A stretch of DNA of 64,000 nucleotides from assembly GCF_964355755.1 (NCBI RefSeq), contig NC_092670.1, forward strand, positions 6,190,201-6,254,200, written 5' to 3'. Shown one piece after another: positions 59,901-64,000 of the stretch (its first letter is position 1; each line of letters starts with the position of its first letter). The translations under genes and the position numbers were made by a program. The notes beneath the pieces were generated by a model that had not been told where the DNA came from, made no database searches, and saw only the letters and a program-made list of their open reading frames with translations. Source of the stretch: Antedon mediterranea (Eukaryota; Animalia; Echinodermata).

Positions 59901-62900
59901 TTTGCTTTGAATTACAGTTTTTTTGGGTATGCACTATATCATGTTTTTTCAATCCAATTTTTGGTGAAACTATTATGTGTGACATTAAAATTGCATATTC
60001 AACAAAAATATTTGTCAAAATTACTTTTGTCAGGGGGAAAATAAGTATATCTTTAATAGCATGTGATATTATTAGCAAATATTTCAAATGTAGTTTTAAA
60101 ACTTTCCCATTACAAACAATTGCCATAATTCTGATAACATTACAATACACCCATCCTCTGGGACTTATTTTCAAATGTAGCTAAAAACTTTCCAGTACAA
60201 TTCCGGCCATTTTGATGTGTATAGATGCATGCAGTAGCATTGGAAAAGCGAGAGAGGGGGAGGTGGTTGGGGTGATGGAGAGACACATATTTTTTACATG
60301 TTTGTCTACACTATAAACTAGTTTAACAAAAAAGGTGTGATGTGCCCAAATATGGTAGTGATATGTCATTCATCGTGTCCATGGGCACATCACATTTTTT
60401 TGTCGCATAAAAATGTTATAGTGTAGACAGAGTTTAACATTTGTGTAACATGTAACAAAAATATGTGTCTCTCCATCCACCCCAACCCCCTCCCCTCTCT
60501 CGATCTCTTTTTATAGATTATTAATTGCTAAATATATGCAAAACGATGGGTCATAGCTCAAAATGACATTTCCAATTGAATTCTGACAAAATATTTTGTT
60601 AGAGCAAATATAAATGTGTATATTCTAAACAATTTGACACCAAACTGAACTTTTTAGGACAAATAGTTACCGAGATATTGACATATTCAAACATTAGAGG
60701 TCAAGGGTCAAAAAAGCTTAATTTATGGTAATTTTTTGAAAAAAGTTTCTATTAGACTAAATATTAGATTTATTTTCTTAACATTTTGAGCCCATTCTCA
60801 AATCTCTGAGATTGCGTGTTATTGAGATATTAGGCAATCAAGGTCAAAGGTCAAACTGAAAAATAAAGCCTTTGCGGCCATTTTTGTACAATTTTTTTCA
60901 TTATAGCGAATATAAATATATATCTTCCAAGCATTTTGAAAAAAAAATAAATGTAAAATGTCCATGCGTTGTCAAGATATGGCGATTTTTAGTTATATAA
61001 TAGAAAAATATAAAAATTGAGGTCAGAGGTCACAGAGGTCAAATCAGATTTCCAGTAACTTTGTTTTGGCATCTCCACACTATACTCTACCAAACTGCTA
61101 TACTGAAAAATTTGTATCCAGTCTGGTAACATCCCACCCCTTTTTCTCCCCTTAGGGACTGGACTACTACTCCGATCACACGCTACCCAGCCTAGAAAGT
61201 TTGTGCATATTTCCTCATCTTTATCGTTTCCAATGAATTAGTTTTCAGTATATCATCAGGCGGTTTAGAATTTATTCTGTGCCTGTGGTGTGTATATAGA
61301 TATATAATATTTCGGTGGTCTAAAAAATGTGTAATATTTTATATTTGAGGCATTACTTAAACCTGTAATACTAATACCCAATTAATTTTCAGGTTATCCT
61401 AGCAATAATAATCTCGTGGCTACTGTCAATTATTATAACAGTAACTGGCGGTTTTCCCGATGACTCTAGTAGCTATGGTTACAGCGCAAGAACGGATGGT
61501 CGCCTTGGTGTTTTAGAGAGCGCAAAATGGTTTCGCTTCCCCTACCCTGGACAATGGGGAGTCCCCTCCGTGACTATTCCAGGTGTTTTTGGTATGTTAG
61601 CTGGTGTCCTAGCATCTATGGTAGAGAGCATTGGTGATTACTATGCATGCGCACGTCTCTCAGGTGCTCCGCCACCTCCAACGCACGCTGTGAACCGTGG
61701 GATTGGTATAGAGGGTATTGGTTGCGTGATTGCTGGTCTATGGGGATCAGGCAGTGGAACGACATCGTACAGTGAAAATATTGGAGCTATTGGTATTACT
61801 AAGGTAACGTTTTATTCACTTTTTTATTTTTTAACAAAGAGATATAATATTGATAAAAAACATTGTCTTTGAAATGTCTATATATTAACAGTCAACATTC
61901 TTTGGTTTGTATGCATATTTCGAGTAAGAAAGAAGTTTATTATTGGGACTGCTGTATAATGGTCAAATGAACATTTCTTTTGATTCACATCTAGGTTGGA
62001 AGTGTACGAGTTGTTCAAGTAGGAGGCCTAATTATGATTTTATTAGGTTGTTTTGGCAAATTTGGTGCTCTCTTCGTCACAATACCAGACCCAATTGTTG
62101 GTGGTCTATTTTGTGTAATGTTTGGTACGTAAAGTTCTTTCCAAGGTGACTTACTATACGTTTACAAAGATCAGATTCTTGTATATTACAGCAGAACAAA
62201 ATTACATTATAGTCCAAGACAATTACAAAGCCCTATAATAAAAATATTGATATTTATTTAGTCAGCAATAAATAATAACAAAGGATGAGAAAAGGCTAAT
62301 TACTTAATTAAGCTTGACTGTCTACACTATCAAACTTACACAAATATTTGGTGTGCCCATATATGGACATGATGATGTCATACCATTGGACATATTGAAT
62401 TTTTTTTGTCAAACTAGTTTAATAGTGTAGACAGAGCTTAAGGCCCAAATATATTCTGCTCACTGCATATTAAAGTAAAACATTAAATTCAACAAAATAA
62501 AACAACATAAATAATACAAAGTGTAATATAAAAAAAAATAATAATATAAAAAGACTTCTACTTTCAAACAAGTTTTCATTTATTTTACGATTTTTATTTT
62601 ACTTAAATTTATGTACAGTGCATTGAGAAGTTTATTATGCACTTAATTACTAAGGGGCTGCCTTAAATATTAAAATTAAAATAATAAAATAAAATTATTG
62701 GTAAACTTTTTTATGAATGATGCTTGCGAAATACATCACATTTAAATGTTTAATTTATTAACAAAAAATGTAAATAACAGGACTTTCTCAGTAATCCTCA
62801 GCAAAATTTAATGAATTGGAACACAATGTATAGCCAAGGTCAGAAAACTATATGTAATATATTAATTAAATTTTGTATAATCTTGTACAGTGATAACAAA

Positions 62901-63509
62901 TTAACCAGAATTCCTTCAAAGCATAAATAATACTTGAAAATTATATCAATAAATTGATTTATTTCACTTTTTTAATCTAAAAATTATTTCGTCTCGCTTT
63001 TCCAATTCCTTGTCGCCATTTTGTTCTAATTAAAATTTATTAATATCCTGTTGATAAAATGATATTATTACATATTGTTGAAAATCTAACATATTTCCTG
63101 TGTTCATTTAATTAAGCAGAATTACTCCGGTGTTTTAATTTATGTCCTCAATAATTTCATAATGTTGTTATTTCAAGTACTGTATGTTATTGTTATTGAA
63201 CAAAAATTTAATAAAACAGAAGGCAGCCAAGGCTAACAAATTAAAAATGTTATAACATGTAAAGATGTATTTGCCATCAAACATGAAAAAGAAAGTATAA
63301 TAAAATCAAACTTTAAATCGGCCTAGACCATTTTGTAGTTTTAATAAAAGTTATCCTCTTTTCAGGTATGATAACAGCAGTAGGGCTATCAAATCTACAA
63401 TTTGTAAATCTCAACTCATCTCGCAACCTATTTGTTATTGGCTTTTCTTTAATCATGGGTTTAATTATACCAAATTGGTTATCACAGAACCCAACTGCAA
63501 TATCAACTG
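41983..63509 (+). CDS. SLC23 / nucleobase-ascorbate transporter (NAT/NCS2) family member, 3'-partial
   Basis: Exons 41983-41994 (MEYK, tentative), 43833-43985, 46008-46165, 49600-49691, 52114-52175, 52468-52649, 54725-54845, 61393-61803, 61995-62124, 63366-63509, all in phase. Motifs [102 protein letters not shown]. Orthology to a specific vertebrate SLC23A paralog is not assignable by eye. Confidence 0.93.
42265..42552 (+). mobile_element. Crack-like LINE 3' fragment
   Basis: [34 protein letters not shown], 3' stem AGGACCACAATG...TTGTTTTATCCTG and (TAT)n tail. Confidence 0.7.
44384..45602 (+). mobile_element. Helentron-associated non-autonomous element (HINE)
   Basis: 5' hairpin GGTTATCCGC-ACTTG-GCGGATAACC, T-rich tract, 3' subTIR TGCGGATAACC (45558), hairpin AACTCGTC-CGTAGT-GACGAGTT, terminal CTAG followed by TT. 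Confidence 0.8.
46600..47010 (+). mobile_element. Degraded LINE 3' end
   Basis: [13 protein letters not shown] / [22 protein letters not shown] followed by AT-rich UTR and AATAAA. Confidence 0.5.
47149..47505 (-). mobile_element. 5'-truncated LINE 3' end, nearly identical to 30749-31031
   Basis: ORF 47305-47505 (..[42 protein letters not shown]), same 3' UTR and longer (TAT)n tail. Confidence 0.8.
47559..48184. mobile_element. Non-autonomous Kolobok-like element (AG...CT ends, TTAA TSD)
   Basis: TTAA|AGACCCCTTCCCTGC ... GTAGGGAATGGGGCT|TTAA. Confidence 0.7.
55263..55320. repeat. 16-bp tandem repeat (~3.6 copies)
   Basis: ATATAGTACTTTTAGG repeated. Confidence 0.85.
56918..59627 (-). mobile_element. 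Young 5'-truncated L2-clade LINE, antisense in an SLC23 intron
   Basis: Uninterrupted ORF, short 3' UTR with AGCGCTTTGA...GCGCTTTATAAAT stem and (TAT)n tail. 5' junction at ~59615-59630. Confidence 0.92.
57015..59627 (-). CDS. L2 ORF2 (partial APE endonuclease plus RT), N-terminally truncated
   Basis: IYRPP, VGDFNIH, PTH..GHTLDL, SDH; [54 protein letters not shown]. No ATG start and the first APE motifs are missing. Confidence 0.88.
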   Translation of the reverse strand: MVIITPNVSTSFRSFEHMDIKITSNSSVINLISIYRPPPSTKNKLTFDLFITEFSSLLESVSCTKNLLIVGDFNIHTNDLLDNNTKRFDELLYTSCLHQHVQGPTHVSGHTLDLLISRKNDNIIKQKQTTVKQGLPSDHMAVISFVDLSHPKQPTRTTSYRKLRNIDLNCFVEDIMNSPLVCAPEDNVSDLADQYNNVLQYILDQHAPLTTKLVTIRPRAPWYTNELREAKCVKRRSERRMLKSGLDIDKQRYKLECKAYKDMLDLAKCNYHRNEIANADDKNLFRIISKLYSVDSSPVLPKHTSSMDLANQFGCFFNEKILKICKNLNSINTPLITVNVDESCNSSFAEFEQIPEDTVRKVIAESASKSSRLDPIPTRLLKNCIDALLPHITKIVNMSLSSGTVPSAFKLSLVMPLLKKQNLDSNVLQNYRPIANLPFLFKVLERIATAQIKAYMDEHFLFSRVQSAYRRFHSTETALLRVTNDLLLALDKGNEAVLILLDYSAAFDTINHDLLFQRLHKRYGISGTALKWFISYFENRRQAIIVGDSMSDEFALPWGVPQGSVKGPLDFILYTGPLSNIIDSHPEVRHMIYADDTQLYLIMKPTHHSESVNSLESCIADVRSWAIQNKLMLNDSKTEMIHFHSKFREASSFPLVHIGDTSVSTSSSARNLGVQLDNSLGLKEHIRNVCRGASFGIYQIGQIRKYLDKTSTERLVHAFVSSRLDCNNSLLYGLPTSYLSPLQRIQNSAARLITGTKRHEHISPVLRDLHWLPVDQRIRFKILLLTYKAINGCAPAYICDIITPSTNSSLRSSSRLLLKPGPRSRTRFYGDRAFAVAAPKLWNTLPLEIRSSKSVITFKTKLKTHLFREA
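60303..60434. mobile_element. MITE family A copy 4, at the centre of an older ~52-bp-arm inverted repeat (60249-60300 / 60449-60502)
   Basis: TGTCTACACTATA...TATAGTGTAGACA. Outer arms CGAGAGAGGGG..GGAGAGACACATATTTT and its reverse complement. Confidence 0.75.
62311..62438. mobile_element. MITE family A copy 5
   Basis: TTA|AGCT..CTGTCTACACTATCAAACT...AGTTTAATAGTGTAGACAGAGCT|TAA. Confidence 0.75.
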
Positions 63510-63747
63510 GTAAGAACTGTCAGAAAAATACAGCTTTAACATTAGTTAAGCTTCGTTCACACCTAAAGCAATGTAGTATACTGATGTGCGTCGCAACACA
63601 GATTAACATGTCTTGTGGCACAGTGGATACATGTGTCATAACACGATTTGACATGCCTCGTGACCGTGCATTGATATGCGTCGTAACACTGCGGATCAAC
63701 ATGCGCTGTGACAAGTTGGGTCCAAATGCACTGTGACACAGCGGGTT

Positions 63748-63912
63748 AGGCCAATCAGAACTAGCCGGCATAGGAGGAATTAGCCTAGAGGCCTTCATAA
63801 GTAAGGCCAATCAGAACTAGCCGGCATAGGAGGAATTAGCCTAGAGGCCTTCATAAGTAAGGCCAATCAGAACTAGCCGGCATAAGAGGAATTAGCATAG
63901 AGGCCTTCATAA
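63748..63912. repeat. 56-bp tandem repeat (~3 copies)
   Basis: GGCCAATCAGAACTAGCCGGCATAGGAGGAATTAGCCTAGAGGCCTTCATAAGTAA starting at 63749, 63805 and 63861. Confidence 0.92.
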
Positions 63913-64000
63913 ATATGTTTGTACTTTAACAATCGTCCAAACTTATATTAATTTGACTTCCAATACCTTGTCATGCATTTTCACGAACATTGTCCCATCG

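Larger units (their letters stand above)
55499..61166. mobile_element. Non-autonomous Academ-like element (TAG...CTA ends, 3-bp CTA TSD, ~600-bp imperfect TIRs) carrying nested insertions
   Basis: TAGTCCAGTCCCTAAGGGGA at 55499 and TCCCCTTAGGGACTGGACTA ending 61166. CTA at 55496-55498 and 61167-61169. Arm similarity over ~55499-56100 versus ~60540-61166. Confidence 0.88.

Overview
AT-rich, intron-rich animal genomic DNA, not prokaryotic; the TE families suggest a marine invertebrate, possibly an echinoderm (inference). I reconstructed three host genes exon by exon from GT-AG junctions with consistent phases: (1) the 3' part of a SENP1/2-type SUMO protease (+, 397-5247); (2) a complete 18-coding-exon MLH1 (-, 32558-15559, 741 aa, ending in FERC); (3) most of an SLC23/NAT nucleobase transporter (+, ~41983 to beyond the window end). 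Introns and intergenic DNA are packed with TEs. Highlights: an intact single-ORF L2-group (Crack-like) LINE in an MLH1 intron whose ORF reads hydrophobic leader / 2A-like peptide (DISPNPG-P) / APE / RT; a 4.4-kb foldback element carrying Pol III-type cassettes upstream of MLH1; a 2.7-kb satellite made entirely of palindromes; a stop-containing duplicate of an MLH1 splice acceptor; a deeply nested Academ-type stack in an SLC23 intron; and a 5S+tRNA-headed Deu/Nin-type SINE. There is no CRISPR array. All coordinates and translations were read by eye and no searches were run, so TE family names are motif-based calls.
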